A stretch of DNA of 63,784 bases from the NCBI GenBank assembly GCA_028534125.1, contig CM052817.1:80230001-80293784 (forward strand), read 5' to 3'. The notes beneath the pieces are model-generated. The model had not been told where the DNA came from, did not search any database, and saw nothing but the letters and a program-made list of their open reading frames with translations. This DNA comes from Lama glama (taxonomy: Eukaryota). Shown here piece by piece: positions 1 through 13,095 of the stretch (the first letter of the stretch is position 1; the number at the start of each line of letters is the position of its first letter). A program made the position numbers and the translations under genes.

Positions 1-24
1 TCTGTTTTGTTTTTTTTTTTAAAT

Positions 25-141
25 AGTTTCTTATATAGTTAAACATATACTTATCATACTATATGGCAGTCCGTCTCCTAGGTATTTATCCAAGAGAAAT
101 TAAAACATTTGTCCACACAAAGATCTGTAAGTAAATGTTTA
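25..141 (+). mobile_element. Old L1M ORF2 3' fragment
   Basis: 'ctcctaggtatttatccaagagaaattaaaacatttgtccacacaaagat' matches the L1M ORF2 3' segment. Confidence 0.8.
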
Positions 142-744
142 AATTTTAAAATTATGAAAATGTACTTTTCCTTTTTTCCTTAGTTTATTTTAATGCTAGA
201 TTACACTCTTGTCTCCTGGAAGGAGCAGTGCAGTTGAATCAGATCAGTGCTTTGGATCAGTCATTATGTTGTATATCAAGTAATAGTGTTGACTTTTCAG
301 TAGCTTTTTAATCTCTTATGCCAGTAAAATGTATGGCGAAAGGTTATGTATTTGATGACATTTGCTGACAGACTTATTCAGAGGTATATTTTGTTATGGA
401 AAAAGCAAGTATAAGCAAATTATAATACTTACACCTTTTGGAAATCTTGATTCTGAAACTTTTTTAGATATTAAAGTGCAAAAAAAGAATATTTGCTGTA
501 GTAAGATTAAAAACAAAAGATAGTATATTATATGTAAGTAGAAAGGTGAAGACAAATATTAATATGTGGGAAAGGTGAGCAAAATTATATTTTTTAAAAT
601 TATGTATAAGATACTTTGGATATTTAAGAGTTCTTCATTATTCCATATTTTCAGGCTTAAAGGTGTGTTCGTTTCCTCTTCTTGATAAAATGTAAGCGTG
701 CATTTTCAAAGACCAGTAGAAGGCTGATATTTTATTGAGTGCAG

Positions 745-890
745 TGACTTTATGAGGTAGGAGCTATGACTGCCCATTTCACACCTGAGGAAACTGTTAC
801 TTAAAAAGATTAATGAAATTGCCTGATTCAGTGGAGCTGGCAGTTTAACAAATTCAGGCAGTTTCAGAAGTCACACTGTAAACCACTGAC
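745..890 (-). mobile_element. MIR SINE fragment
   Basis: 'cccatttcacacctgaggaaactg' is the reverse complement of the MIR core. Confidence 0.7.
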
Positions 891-1035
891 TAATTTAATT
901 CTTAAGTTGTCTGTCAGATTTAATGTCTTTGAATTGTTTGTTTATTTAATGCTTTGACCATCTTCTGCTTTCGTGTTTATAAACCTGAATTCAGTCTCTG
1001 ACGTTTGCATTGTATTACTAGACGACTGGTCGTGC

Positions 1036-1060
1036 TGTGTGTGTGTGTGTGTGTGTGTGT
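1036..1060. repeat. (TG)12 microsatellite
   Basis: Perfect TG run read directly. Confidence 0.97.
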
Positions 1061-1340
1061 TTTCTCCCTTGTAAAAACTATGCTGTAGTATCAGTTAGTG
1101 AAGTAGTTTTTGTCACAGTTTAAGTGAAGTTATCAGCCTTCACTTTAAAAAGAGAAAGGGAAAGGAAAAAAGGAGAAAGAAGAAAAGGGAGAGGAGTGGA
1201 GAAGCAGAGTTTGCATGTGTGGTGTAATGTTTTTGAGTTGATTACAATTGAAAAACTAAGCATTTGTAAGTAGATAATAAACTTACCTTTATACTCCCAG
1301 GAAAATCTAACTGAAGACAGTTAGATACAGAATAAACTAA

Positions 1341-1477
1341 GCAGAGATTGGAAAACTCCTGTGCTTGCTGCCTGTTTTTATAAGTAAAGTTTTATTGGAA
1401 CACAGCCACAAGCATTGCTTGTTTGGCCAACAGTATGAAAATATTTCCTGTCTGACCCTTTAAGAAAACTGCTGAAC
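1341..1477 (-). mobile_element. MER58A-like hAT-Charlie DNA transposon, internally deleted
   Basis: 'cctgtttttataagtaaagttttattggaacacagccac' and 'aaaatatttcctgtctgacccttt' are reverse complements of MER58A segments. Confidence 0.8.
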
Positions 1478-1527
1478 AAATTTTGAGACCAAAACCATTC
1501 AGATAAACTGTTTATTGGCTTGGATTG

Positions 1528-1610
1528 AGTCATTCACCAAATAATTATTGAGCCACCTGTTAGGTGCCAGGCAATGTGCGAGGTGATGGAGAAGCAAAAT
1601 CAAACATGTC
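1528..1610 (-). mobile_element. L2 3' end
   Basis: 'cattcaccaaataattattgagccacctgttaggtgccaggca' is the reverse complement of the L2 tail. Confidence 0.7.
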
Positions 1611-1844
1611 TTACAAAACTATTTGATATTCTTTTTTATTATTAATTATAACAGCAGTTGCAAAAAGCTAATATGAATTATAAGAGCTAGGAAATATTCA
1701 TAAGGCAGATCTCATTTGTCTGAAGCAGTACAAATGCAGCATCTCTTAGGCAGTGACCATATCAGTTATCTGACACCATGGATAGCACACCTCCTTTTTT
1801 CTGGTTCTCCTGATTCCGTCCTATGCTACTGAGTTATTTTTCCT

Positions 1845-1985
1845 ATAGTATTTATTACCATACAGTTAACTTATTTACTATGTCTATTATTGTCTGTGTC
1901 CTCTTGCTCCAGTCTAAGCTCCATAAGGGCTAGCATTTTTGTTCTGTTTACAGGTCCAAGTACATGACACACATAGTAAGCAGTT
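1845..1985 (+). mobile_element. L2 3' end
   Basis: 'ttattgtctgtgtcctc...taagctccataagggc...acacatagtaag' resembles the L2a tail. Confidence 0.65.
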
Positions 1986-2834
1986 AGTATGAAAGAGACC
2001 TGCTTTACATACTCTTCTTATTAGATGTATTAATATATTTAGACAGCATCAGCGTTTTGGTGTTAGCTATAATTTTGTTGATTCAAAATGAAAATAAGTT
2101 GCTGAGCTAAATTGTGTATCTTTTGAATTTGTTTTACATGTTCTTTATTGAGAAAACTAGTATTTCCAAATTCTAACCTCTTCACTGTATCACTGTTCAT
2201 GTAGTTTTTTTCTCAGGAGAGATAGATAAATGTTTACTAAAAGTTATTTAGAGTAGTTGAGTAATATATTTATTGAATAGAAAAATGCACTCTAAGGTTA
2301 AAGCTTACGTTAACTTTTCTGATGGCATTGAGAAGGTAATGTGTTTACATGTTTAATTGCCATTAAAATAATAAGAATAATTTCTCATAAAATTTGTTAG
2401 TTTTAGTTATATTTGTGAGTATGTTTTGGTGATAATTGATTATCCTGCCTACATAGTTTGCAAAATTAGTAGGGAGAACAGTATTCTGAAGCCAAGTTTC
2501 CATGAGTTGATATTTCACGTTCATGTTTGTGACCCGAACCTGTATTCCTTCAGACATTGAGAAAAGCCAAATGTTCTCATAAGCAGCAAGGATTTTCTTC
2601 ATGGAAAACTAAGAAGTAAAAATGTAGCCCAAATAAAAGTATAATGTGTATATTGAATATTGTAGGTAGATCTATCTATATAAATATGAATAAATGCTGT
2701 TATGTATTTCATTGAATGATTTTTTTCTTGGTATAATTTTTAAAATTAAAAAATAAAATAAAAATTGAATTCATGAAGGGAATAAAAAAATCTAGAAATA
2801 TTTCCACTTTTAGTTGAGCAGGCATGCATCATCT

Positions 2835-3010
2835 GTAATTCTAATGACCCTGCAAAATAGTATTTCTGTTTACATTTTAGAGATGAGAAAACTGACTTTC
2901 AGGGAGATTAATAGCTTGCCATGGTTCAAGAACTAATAAGTAATAAAGGCAATATTGTAAGTCAGGGCTTTCTGTCTCTCTGAATACCTTATTCTTTATC
3001 GCTTAGCATA
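2835..3010 (-). mobile_element. MIR
   Basis: 'cattttagagatgagaaaactgactttcagggagattaatagcttgcc' MIR core. Confidence 0.75.
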
Positions 3011-6000
3011 TCAATTTCTCATTTATTGTCATGACATGCAACCAGAGGACTGTATTCTATATCAATACTTCATTTAAAAATTTTATGTTTTATAACATTC
3101 ACATTATACAATTTTAAATTTAAAATTTTCATTTTGTAGTATGCTTCTAAATAACTTGTGAAGAGTACTCTACAAAAGGAAATGGTTTCCTAATGCCAGG
3201 GAGTGGTGCATGGAGGGGATAAATGCCTCCTTGTTTGCCATTTACAAGTTAAAACCATTGGTTTCCAATTTTAACCTGATACATATTCTTTCATTTTAAC
3301 TTTCTCATCCATTAACATATATTAGGCCTTATATAGCCACATATACAGATGCACGTGATCAGCAATATGATTTTCAGAGCTTGTTTTTATTTAAAATATT
3401 TAATATTTCAAAAATTTTTAAGTGAAACTATTGTGTATAAAGGCATTACTAAAAGAAATCTTTATTGTATAAATTGACTGCTAAAGAGCCTGGGATGTTA
3501 CATGATACTTTTTATGGCTGTAATTTAATTTGTTCATATTATTAACTGGGATTACCATGCCGTGTTACCCAAGAAATTGAGATAACTTCATTCTGTAGCC
3601 CTTCATATAAAGTTCACTTCTAGTCTTTCGAAATTCAGATTGTCTAAAAATGAATATTTTGCCTCATTTAATGAGTTTTCCTTTTTGAAAGCATTGAGAA
3701 ATGTATTTTCTTTATGGTGATTTGAGGTTATATGACTTATGAACCTTTGTATTCTGGTTCAGTATAGAATTTGATATTGTCTGGATAGAACAGACACCTA
3801 AAATTTCAGATAGCCCTCAGATTTCACATAAGAATGAGAAGGGCTCATTAACCTTTTCATTTGATGGAAGGCTGAGAAACCACAGGACAGTGAAGGAATT
3901 AGCATTTCTGATAAAGGTAATATGTTTAAGTCTTACGGTGGCATATGAAAAAGCACTAGTCTTGAAAAATTGGGAAATTTAAGTTTTAATATTATATCTA
4001 GTTCTGTAACTTTCAAATGACTCCCTACAACTGCCTCTCATTCCTACCTCTTATTCATCACAAATTTAACTTTTCCCCTTTTACAGTAGAGCATAAATCC
4101 AGGAAAGAGTGAAACATTAATCATAATAGTGTAGTGAAATTGTTTCGTGTGTATGTAAACATTATTAAATGTTAATTCTTATTATAATTATTATAATGGA
4201 GGACTTTATAAATTCTATTTATTAATACCAGAGATTGCTTTAAAGTAGTATCTGTTGAATGAGTATATGAACAAATTTGGAACTTTGAACTCCAAAATTA
4301 TTCAGATCCTCCTTTTAAGTGGAAGATCTTTCTCCTTGGTTTTGGAAACATTAAGTTAAAAGATACCTTAATATTGGTATTTAATTGCCAAAGAGAAATT
4401 ATAGAGTCCTCCTAAAGACAAATGAGGTAAAGAAAAAATAATTGATGAGCTAAATTGTTAATTTTTGTTTGTTTTATCTGTTCTTCAGATCATTGAGATT
4501 AAAATTCAGACATGGATGCAGTCCTCCTTTGGGTTTTTGTTAGAGTCCGTTGCATTGGTTTGCTCCATATCAGACAGTAATACTGCCCAAGATGATTCCT
4601 GATTTAAGGATGGGATTTTTTTTTTTGTAGTCCATCTTTGTTTATGTATCAGTTAAGTCTTATGAAACTTAAATTCCTCCACTATTGAAATTTCAGTTTT
4701 TCCTCCATCAGAGGGAATAGTGATAATGGAATCATTTTGTCTAAATAGTTGGCTAATAGTATAAAATGTGGAAGGTAGAAACTTAAATACAGAATAATGA
4801 TTTGTTTCTATTCTTCTTTATCTGATTCCTAAGCATTAACATTTTTTCTTCTGTTTCTGATGTTTTAAAGATCCTTCCAAAAGTGTCCTACGTGCACGAA
4901 AACTGTTTAGGTTTTTCCTAAGTGCTTTATTTTCTTGATATTTTCATTTTGTACAATGAATTTGCCATTTACTTTTGATGAAGTTCATATCTGTATGGTA
5001 TCTTTAGATTCTTATTTCTTGGATTTAGAAGATAATTTGAATGTTTGATTTTTAAAAGGCTTTTATAGATGGCTTTGGTAGTCAAATTTTGTTTGTAACT
5101 AATCTACTGTAATTTAATTATCAGGGACTGGTGGGGGGTCATCCATGTATTTATATTTCCTGTTTCACATGTTTACAAATATGTGATGATCGTCATTGGC
5201 TTTTTTCCCCTAATGTTTTTGAACTTCAAGGAATGAAGGCTCTGTATAAATACTCACCTCTCTGTATGTGCAGTTTCTTGCATTTTCATTGGCTTTAAGT
5301 AACCTGCTATACATATAAATGTACGTTTAAAAAGATGGTCCTTCCAAAAAACTTTGCTTGGGGTCTGTGCTGGGAGGATGATTTAGATGGATGGAGAGGA
5401 TCACTTGCTTTACTGTTTATCATTTTCCCAGACAAATCTATGGAGACAGGCTGCTGATAGGATAGGAGAAAAACAACAAAAACAAATAAGTGCTTTTGTC
5501 TGGAACTGAATTGTATTATCTGTACTGTCAGCTAGAGTCTTTGCTCACTTACCCAGACTATCTTTACAGGGATTAAAACTTCCCCCTGCAGTAGTGATAG
5601 CCTTTAGTATGCTACAGCCTCATATCCAGTTTTTTAAAAAAAATCTGGCTGTAAACAGTTTTTAACAGCTTGCAAAATCCTCACCAGTTCAACCTTTGGG
5701 GAGAGGGATTATGCTGATGAACCAAATAAGAGTATCAGTAATTATATTTCACATCACCTGCATTTCATTTTTAGTTTCCATATATAGCTTCTCACAACCC
5801 CCAACTCTGAGCTTGATATGGAACTTTTATATTTTGTCATCTTTGTCAAACTTAAGAAAATCATGGGGATATACAATAATGGATACACTGGCAATTCAAG
5901 AGTTATTTTGAGGACATTTCTAATTTTTTAAAGTTATAATAATTTTGACTCTGCATGAAAGGTTAGAGGGAGAGAGTTATAGAAACAAAAAACAAAAAGG

Positions 6001-6149
6001 AGAAATACGTCAAAAGATTCTATAAACCAAGCAAAAACTATTAGAACTAGTGTCTGTATCAATGTCTGAGATATCTAGGAAGCTGATAAACTGTTGTTGT
6101 TTTTTTCCTTTAAAATTGCTAATAATGGGGATTTTACAATCTTCTGTGG

Positions 6150-6361
6150 AAGTGGTTCTCAACCTAGTGATCTCCATCCTATGCCAGGACATTTGGCAAT
6201 GTCTGAAGACATTTTTGGTTGTTGCAAGTGCAGTCATGATACTGACATCCAGTAGGTAGAGGCCAGGAATACTGCTGAACATCCCATAATGTACAAGAGA
6301 GCTTCCACAGCAAAGTATTATCTATCCCAAAAGTCATTCATGTTGAAGTTGAGAAACCCTG
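6150..6361 (+). mobile_element. MER20 hAT-Charlie DNA transposon, full length
   Basis: Starts 'agtggttctcaacc', ends 'gttgagaaaccctg', with internal 'ggacatttggcaatgtctgaagacatttttggttg' and 'gtagaggccagg'. Confidence 0.92.
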
Positions 6362-7849
6362 CTCTCAAACATGGATTTTTAATCTTGATAGTTTTTCAAA
6401 ATGAATAGCCACAGTGATATTTACAGTGTTTTATAGAGAGATTTTATTTTGTTTGTTTGAATTACTAATAAGAGAGAAAGAGAGGCTTTTGATTTTGATC
6501 TGGGGGATTTATGGACACAGTAGACACAAACATTCTCTGCAAAGTGTTTATGAAGACAATATGATGACTTGATTATACAGAGAAATGAAAAGCAGTCTTA
6601 TTTCATCATAGAAGGACATGAGGAATTTTATAATTTTTTTTAACTTCACAGATATGAAACTTCTATTTTGTAGGAGAGGGCTTGTATAGAATTTTTTTCT
6701 GTGTTGGTGAATTAAACCATCTAATAAAAATAATAAAAATATGTAAAATTAATTATTTTAGCAGATTATTCAGCAGACCAAAGCTCTGAATTCAGTTCTT
6801 ACATGAGACTGTGGGTAATTTATTTAATGTCTAACCCTCAGTTAACAGATCTGGAAAGTCATGTGGTGGTTTTAAACTTTAAACTGTCAAATGGATGTTT
6901 GCTAATTTATATTGACATTAACTTTTCTCAGATAAATTAGGAGAATTGTCCAACCTTTAATTGATTGCTGCACCTCAGTGTAAGAAGTAGGCATTCCCTT
7001 TTTCAGTCCACATATGGAGCTATTGTAACTCCATTCACTTTCATCATCACCTACTCAATCACAATAATCTGCAGTAGAAGGTAGTATATGTAACCACACA
7101 TATATAAACAAAGACATACCTAGTAACTTAGTAATAGGGAAGTTAGAGACAGACAAAAAGTGCTTACATTGCCTTCCAGAGGAACCTGGCCTGGAATCCC
7201 AGACATACCCATAGTAGCCATTGAGGTTAATGGAGCTAGTGCACAGGGTAAAGCATATAGCCTCTAAAGAGATTTACTAATATGGCATCCATTTTGCTAA
7301 AATAAAAAAAGACATTGGGGACTAAATGTAAGTTTATCTTCTTGGCTCCACAATATTACAAAAAAATGCGATCAATTGCCCTTTTTTGTTTTAAAGTTGT
7401 GTTTTCTGCTATACTTCCCACACCTCCTTAATTAACTGAATGCATGCTATGAAAAAATGCTTTCTGTAAGGGAGGAAATGGTGAAAACATTGCAGCTTGA
7501 AGTCACAAATCATAGCAAGTCACTTTACCTTCGTTCATATGTTTAAGAAGTTGTCTCTTTCATGGAGACACACAGGAGATCTGCATTCTGTCACCACCAA
7601 AAGTCTTCTTAGAGTTTTGTTGTTTTATTTTGTTTTAATTAAGGGACCTGCTAGAGCTATGAAGTTACTGTAGAGAAAAATTTAGAGAAAAAAATTAGAT
7701 CTTAACTAGAGGTGAAAAATGCAGTTTGATGATCTCTTTGAGATTGTAATGTATAGAATAAGTTGTTTCACTGATAACAGAAAGCAAAGTGATAAATTTC
7801 AAGTTATCCTATATTCTGTATATTCTTGTAGTTTTTCATTTTAAAGAAT

Positions 7850-8445
7850 ACTTTGTTTAGGTGATATTTTGAATAGGCAATATATGTTACAAGATTCAGA
7901 GATCTAAACTGTATAGAAAGATATACATGGTGATAACTTCTTCATCCCAGCCTTGTCTCCCTCACCTCATTTTTGTTAGTCTCTTTCTTCTTCCAATTCT
8001 GTTTTTATTGAATACATATACAAGCAAATTTGTATATTTATTGTTTCCAATACCTAGGAGAGCTCTCACAATAAAGTGTTATACAAATATACAAAATGTA
8101 GGAAACTATGCATACTGTTCAGTGCTTTGCTTTTTTCCTTAGCCCTGTATTCTGGAAATCTTCCCTTCTCAGTACATGGATATTTTCCTTATCCATTTGT
8201 AGGCTGCATGGGTACAGAACCACTTACAAATAGTACCCTACTAATGGACACTTCGACTATTGCCAGTTTTTTGTCGTAACTAACAGTTACGACAGTGAAT
8301 AATCTTATCCAAGTGTTATTTTGTACTTGTGCAGGTTTGTTGTAATGTGAGATTGCTGAGTGAAAGGGTAAATGCCTTAGTAATTTTGGTAGATTTTGCC
8401 TTATTTCTTTCTATAGTAGTTCTACCATTTTGCCTTTTCATTAGG
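7850..8445 (-). mobile_element. Old L1ME 3' fragment
   Basis: 'ctaatggacacttcgactattgccagttttttg...gattgctgagtgaaagggtaaatgc' is degenerate antisense L1ME ORF2 end and 3'UTR. Confidence 0.7.
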
Positions 8446-9400
8446 AATTTTGAATGTGTCAGAATTTCCAGGTTGGTACTAGTAGTTAATGGTTAATTTA
8501 AAAAGTCAGCCAAATAAAGAATCATTAAAACATATTATACAAAATTTAATGATTTCACTTTAACATAAAACACTTAAATAATCATTAACTTGCTACTCAT
8601 TTGCTTTAGGAATAACGCTTTTTTTTTTTAAGCATAGAGTTTAGATTAGAGTTTCATGATATCTCATATCTAAACATCATCTATTGATTTCAATGTTTGG
8701 CTTCTATAGAGTGAAAACTTAGGGCACCCTGAGTGTTCCCACTTTTTTACAGATGTTCTGCTTATATCAAATTAACCATTACTTTAGTTGGGTTAATTAC
8801 TTTAGTTAACTCACCTTTATTGAATTTTCCTAATCATTTGCCTTGGTTTTCCCAGAAGCAGCAATATTCTTTTAACAGCCATATTTTATTGGTTTATATG
8901 ATATTTATTTACATCACATTACTTTAATATTAAATAATTGTTAAGCTATAGTTTTTATTCAGAATTTTAAAATTGTGTTTTATTCACTGATGTGTCATTC
9001 TTTAGGGGTGTCTGGACATATTAAGTACTAAGATACGTATTGAATAGAAGAGAGGAAGAAAAAGAGATAGTATGGAAACAGACTCTGCTGGCTCTTGGTA
9101 TGCACCCTGAACAAGAGAACAAAGGTTAGGCAAGGAAGAGGAAATTGAGGCATAAGCAGAGGGTTATCTTATCAGCCAGGGATGTTTAGCCTGCCACACT
9201 AAACAATTGTGCATCAGAAAATTGAGACTTTTGTGATACTTTCTCTGTGATGAACTTGAAAGAAGAGTGACCTAAAGGAAGTCTGACTATAGGTTCTAAC
9301 TCATTTACTTAGCATAGGTGCCAGACTGAGCTAGACATCTATATATTTCACTCTTGCCCAACCAGGAGTTTACTCTTTGGAAAAGATACTGAGACTAATT

Positions 9401-10088
9401 GAGTGTTTTCCAAATTTCATATTCTCCCATGCATTGTCATGAATTTGCCATATTTACCTTACTGTTATTTACTTTATATTTTTCTTCAGTTGACATTTTA
9501 AACACTTACATTTAATGAGTAAGGACAATTTATATTTCCCTAAAAGGAACACTTGCTATAACTAAAAACAACAGTATAAATAAATACAATGAAAACAAAA
9601 CAGTGCTATTAAACAGAAGTTAAATATGGCCTTTGCAGAGGGCTCTGAGCAAAACGAGATGTGTGGTTGTTTAGAGAGACATGAAAAGCACACTACTCGT
9701 AAATGGAAACTTTCTAATTTGATAAAAGACCATGATGTATGCAGCCTACTCTCATGTGGTTCAAAAAATAACAAAACAAAAACAGAACAAAAGCAAACAA
9801 CAGAAACCCACAATGCACATGAGCAAAACAACAGAGATGAGGCAGAAGAATAAAATGTTAATAAGAGATGAAGTTGAGTAAAGGTTATATGGGGTTTTTT
9901 TGTACTATTCTTATTCTTGCAATTTTAATGTGAATTTGAAATTCTCTCTAAAGAAGTTTGAAAATTATCCTGTGAAAATTGGAAAATTGAAAAGGGAATA
10001 CATTTTTAATGTTATTTACTGTAGTATCCATGTATCATCTAAATGCATCTCAGGTTGTCTTAGGTACCCTCCTCTTCTGGAAATAGTG
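9401..10088. mobile_element. hAT-Charlie-type DNA transposon interrupted by an L1 fragment
   Basis: TIR-like ends 'agtgttttccaaa' and 'tctggaaatagtg'; internal 'taaatacaatgaaaacaaaac...gggctctgagc' and 'aattgaaaagggaata' resemble Charlie internal sequence. Confidence 0.6.
9733..9965 (+). mobile_element. L1MC/ME 3'UTR end
   Basis: 'gcagcctactctcatgtggttcaaaaa...gtaaaggttatatgggg...tgtactattcttattcttgcaa'. Confidence 0.7.
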
Positions 10089-10499
10089 TACTAGGTGATC
10101 TCTAAGGCCCTTTCCAATTCTAGTGTTCAGTGACACAGGGTGCATTGTATTGAGGCAGCAGAATTAGAGCTACCTGTGCTCTCAATTCAGTGTTTCAGTG
10201 AAAAACATTATGGAGGCTCAGCCTGAGGAAAGACTTTCTTCAGATACAGTAACCTGAATGGGTCAAAGAGTCAAAGTAGCTTAGGAGAAAAACCCTAGAC
10301 TGTTTCAGTTGTGAGGAAGGGAAATGTTAGGTAAGAAAGTTTTTGAGAGGCTTCAAAGAGGCTTCTGCCTAACACACAAAATAATACTTTTTTTTTTATT
10401 TCTTATAGTAGTAATACTGATCCTGCTATATGTTATTTCTGATAACTGGAGACTTTAAGAAGTTTGAGTTGGATGTATTTCTCAAAAACACTACCACTA

Positions 10500-10720
10500 C
10501 CATTAACTGAAGATTTTTTATGTGCTGATGCTGTTCTAAATTCTTTATATAAATTAGCCCACTCATTTAGTTATTACAGCAATCATATGAGTCTTAACCC
10601 TGTTTTACAGATGAAGTGAGGTACAGGGGTTAAATAATTTGGTTAATGTTATATGAAAAGTAAGTGATGGAACCAGAGTGTTTGACTTGAAAGTGTATGA
10701 CCTCAGCCTTTCTTCTCTAC
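10500..10720 (-). mobile_element. MIR
   Basis: 'ctcatttagttattacagcaatc...gttttacagatgaagtgaggtacaggggttaaataattt'. Confidence 0.75.
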
Positions 10721-10779
10721 CATGTGTATTTTTATGTTTTTTTTTAAATATATACAGTTAGATACTTTCACCTTTTGGT

Positions 10780-11100
10780 TTCATTTATCACTATATCTTA
10801 CTTAGTTCATGCCTTTACTTTATTGCTTTAAGCATACTTAATATAGTAACTTTATGTTAAGTTTCCCCAAAATTCCAATATATTCAGTCTTTATAAATCT
10901 GATTCTGTGTTTTAGAATAACTGGTTCTTTGGCGATCTGTTTCCTGTGTGTGTATGAGAGAGAGAGAGAGAGAGAGAATTTTTATTGTTAACTTATGTTT
11001 CTTGGAAGTTTATTTTTTGAGATCTGAACTTAAAGGTTTTTTCTACCCAGAAAGTTTATTTTTCTTCTGTGGGGGACCTAAAGACAATGATTAACCAAAA
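10780..11100 (-). mobile_element. HAL1/L1M 5'-region-like fragment (left part)
   Basis: 'ttatgtttcttggaagttta...ccagaaagtttatttttcttctg' resembles antisense HAL1; continues at 12341. Confidence 0.5.
10956..10977. repeat. (GA)11 microsatellite
   Basis: Perfect GA run read directly. Confidence 0.95.
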
Positions 11101-11117
11101 ACAACTTACAAAAAAAA

Positions 11118-12340
11118 CCTTTATTTATGGCATTGTTTCAAACTTAAAGGAAAGTTACTGTAATTTTACAACAATTCCCTTGTATCTTTAACCCAGATTT
11201 CCTAAATGTTAGTATTTTCCACATTTGATTATTTTCTCTTTATGTGTACTTCTTTATTTTTTCTGAACCATTTGAAAGGATGTTACAGATAAATACCTTT
11301 TGACCCTAAATACTTATTTGTGTGTTCCCTCAAAACCAAGGCCATTCCCTTACAAAATCATAATTCATTGATCACAATCAGAAAATTAATTCTGACACAA
11401 TAATGTTATCTAATCTGTAGATCCTATTCACATTTTGTTAATTTTCCCAATAATATCCTCTGTAGAAAAGAAAATGCAGTACCATGTGCAGCTTTGAGTT
11501 ATCTTTTTTCTCCTTTAATCTGAAATAGTTCCTCAGTCTTTCTTGGTCCTTCATGATTGTGATACTTTTTAAGAGGACACAATGATTATTTTTTAAAATG
11601 TCCCCCAGTTTAGATTTTTTGTGATGTTTCTTCATGAGTAGATTCAGATTATGCATTTTGACAGGAATATCACAGATACGACGTTCTTATATCAGGAGGC
11701 AGGCTCATGACTTCTATTTGTACCATTACTGGTGCTGTTACCTTTCACTTGGTTAAGGTAGTATCTTCCAGGTTTCTTTACTGTAAAGTTACTATTTTTC
11801 CATTATACTTTATAAGTATCTTGTTGGGATATATTGTGATATTATGTAAATATTATAGTACAACTCAGATTTCCACCACTATGTTTAGAATCAATTGATG
11901 CATCTTGCCTAAACCAGTTAATATAGTGGTTGTCTAATGGTGGTTTTTCTCATTCAATCATTTTTCTGTGTGTATTGATTAACTTTCTACTATAAAGAAT
12001 GTTGCCTTTTTCCTTATTTTTTTTTATCAGTATGGACTTATGAATTCTTACTTTATTCAATGAGTTTAAGTCCTTTACTATCATTATTCATCGTGATGCT
12101 CAAATTGTCCCGGTTTAGGACACTGAGAGCACCTTCTAGCTCCTGTACCCTTCTGCTATATTTTCATCATTCTTTTATACTTTATTTCTGGCATGAGATA
12201 TTCTGGAGTACTACTATACTTTCCCTGCTCCAGTCCTGAAATTGGCCACTTCTCCATGGGGCCCTGACTCCTTTTAACGGAGAATGGTATTTAGAAGCCA
12301 AGTTCTGCATACTAAGTGTGCTTATAGCTACTGGGGTGTC
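11118..12340 (-). mobile_element. L1MC4/L1MC5-type 3'UTR
   Basis: Diagnostic 'ttctgaaccatttgaaag', 'accctaaatactt', 'gattcagattatgcattttgacaggaatatcacaga' and 'gagaatggtatttagaagccaag'. Confidence 0.85.
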
Positions 12341-12600
12341 CAGGGCCACTTTTAATTTTTAGTTTCAGTTTTGGGGGCTATGTGTATAGTCTTTTCAATT
12401 GATGATTATCAATTCTATGGGGAGTCTTTTTTTCTTTACTTCTCTTTTACCAAGAGCTAAGGCCATGATGGCATATCCTACAGTCTCCCTCTGTAGACGG
12501 GTTAGGCTCTGTTGACCTATTGAAGGTGTCCCCTTTGGGAGTGTTGTCTTTATGTGCTTTCTCTGATTCAACCATCCTCCAAGGCCAGATCCTTGATTTT
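12341..12600 (-). mobile_element. HAL1/L1M 5'-region-like fragment (right part)
   Basis: 'cagggccactttt...ccaagagctaaggcc...gtctccctctg...ggtgtcccctttggg' resembles HAL1. Confidence 0.5.
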
Positions 12601-12999
12601 TTTTTTTATTTTAACCTTCACAGGTATTTGGGATTCATTAATTTCTAGACCACAAGGAATCCTCAGATACATCTCTAATTTTTAAATTAGAAATATTTGA
12701 GACTTTTTTCAGTAATATGGGATTTTACTTAAAGAAATTACTTATAAAAATATTAAGGCAAAATCAAGACAGAATGTCTGGAAAGAAGGAAATACTTATG
12801 TAGAATTATAATTGACTAGTTTAGTGCTGAAAGGGAAAAGGTAATTATAGATGTGAGCAAGTTTCTTGTATCATTTAGACACTTGATTTGTTCTGCCATT
12901 CTACTTCTGTCTCTTGCTCTTGCCTGTGAGGAACCTGAGAATCATAACCTTGGCTTTCAGAGGGAAGTGAGATAAACAGCAAGTATCCTTGATTTTTTT

Positions 13000-13064
13000 T
13001 TTCTTTTTTGAAGTTGCTGGGTTTTTTTAAAGGTTTTTTTTTTTTTTTAGTATTTTTACCAATT

Positions 13065-13095
<31 letters not shown>

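Noticed and set aside
5181..5290. C/D snoRNA box C (GTGATGA)
   Set aside because: No CTGA D box or terminal stem at a suitable distance
12589..12605. Third copy of 'atccttgattttttt' resembling the L1 TSD
   Set aside because: Only about 8 informative bases plus a T run, and no element boundary pairs with it; probably chance
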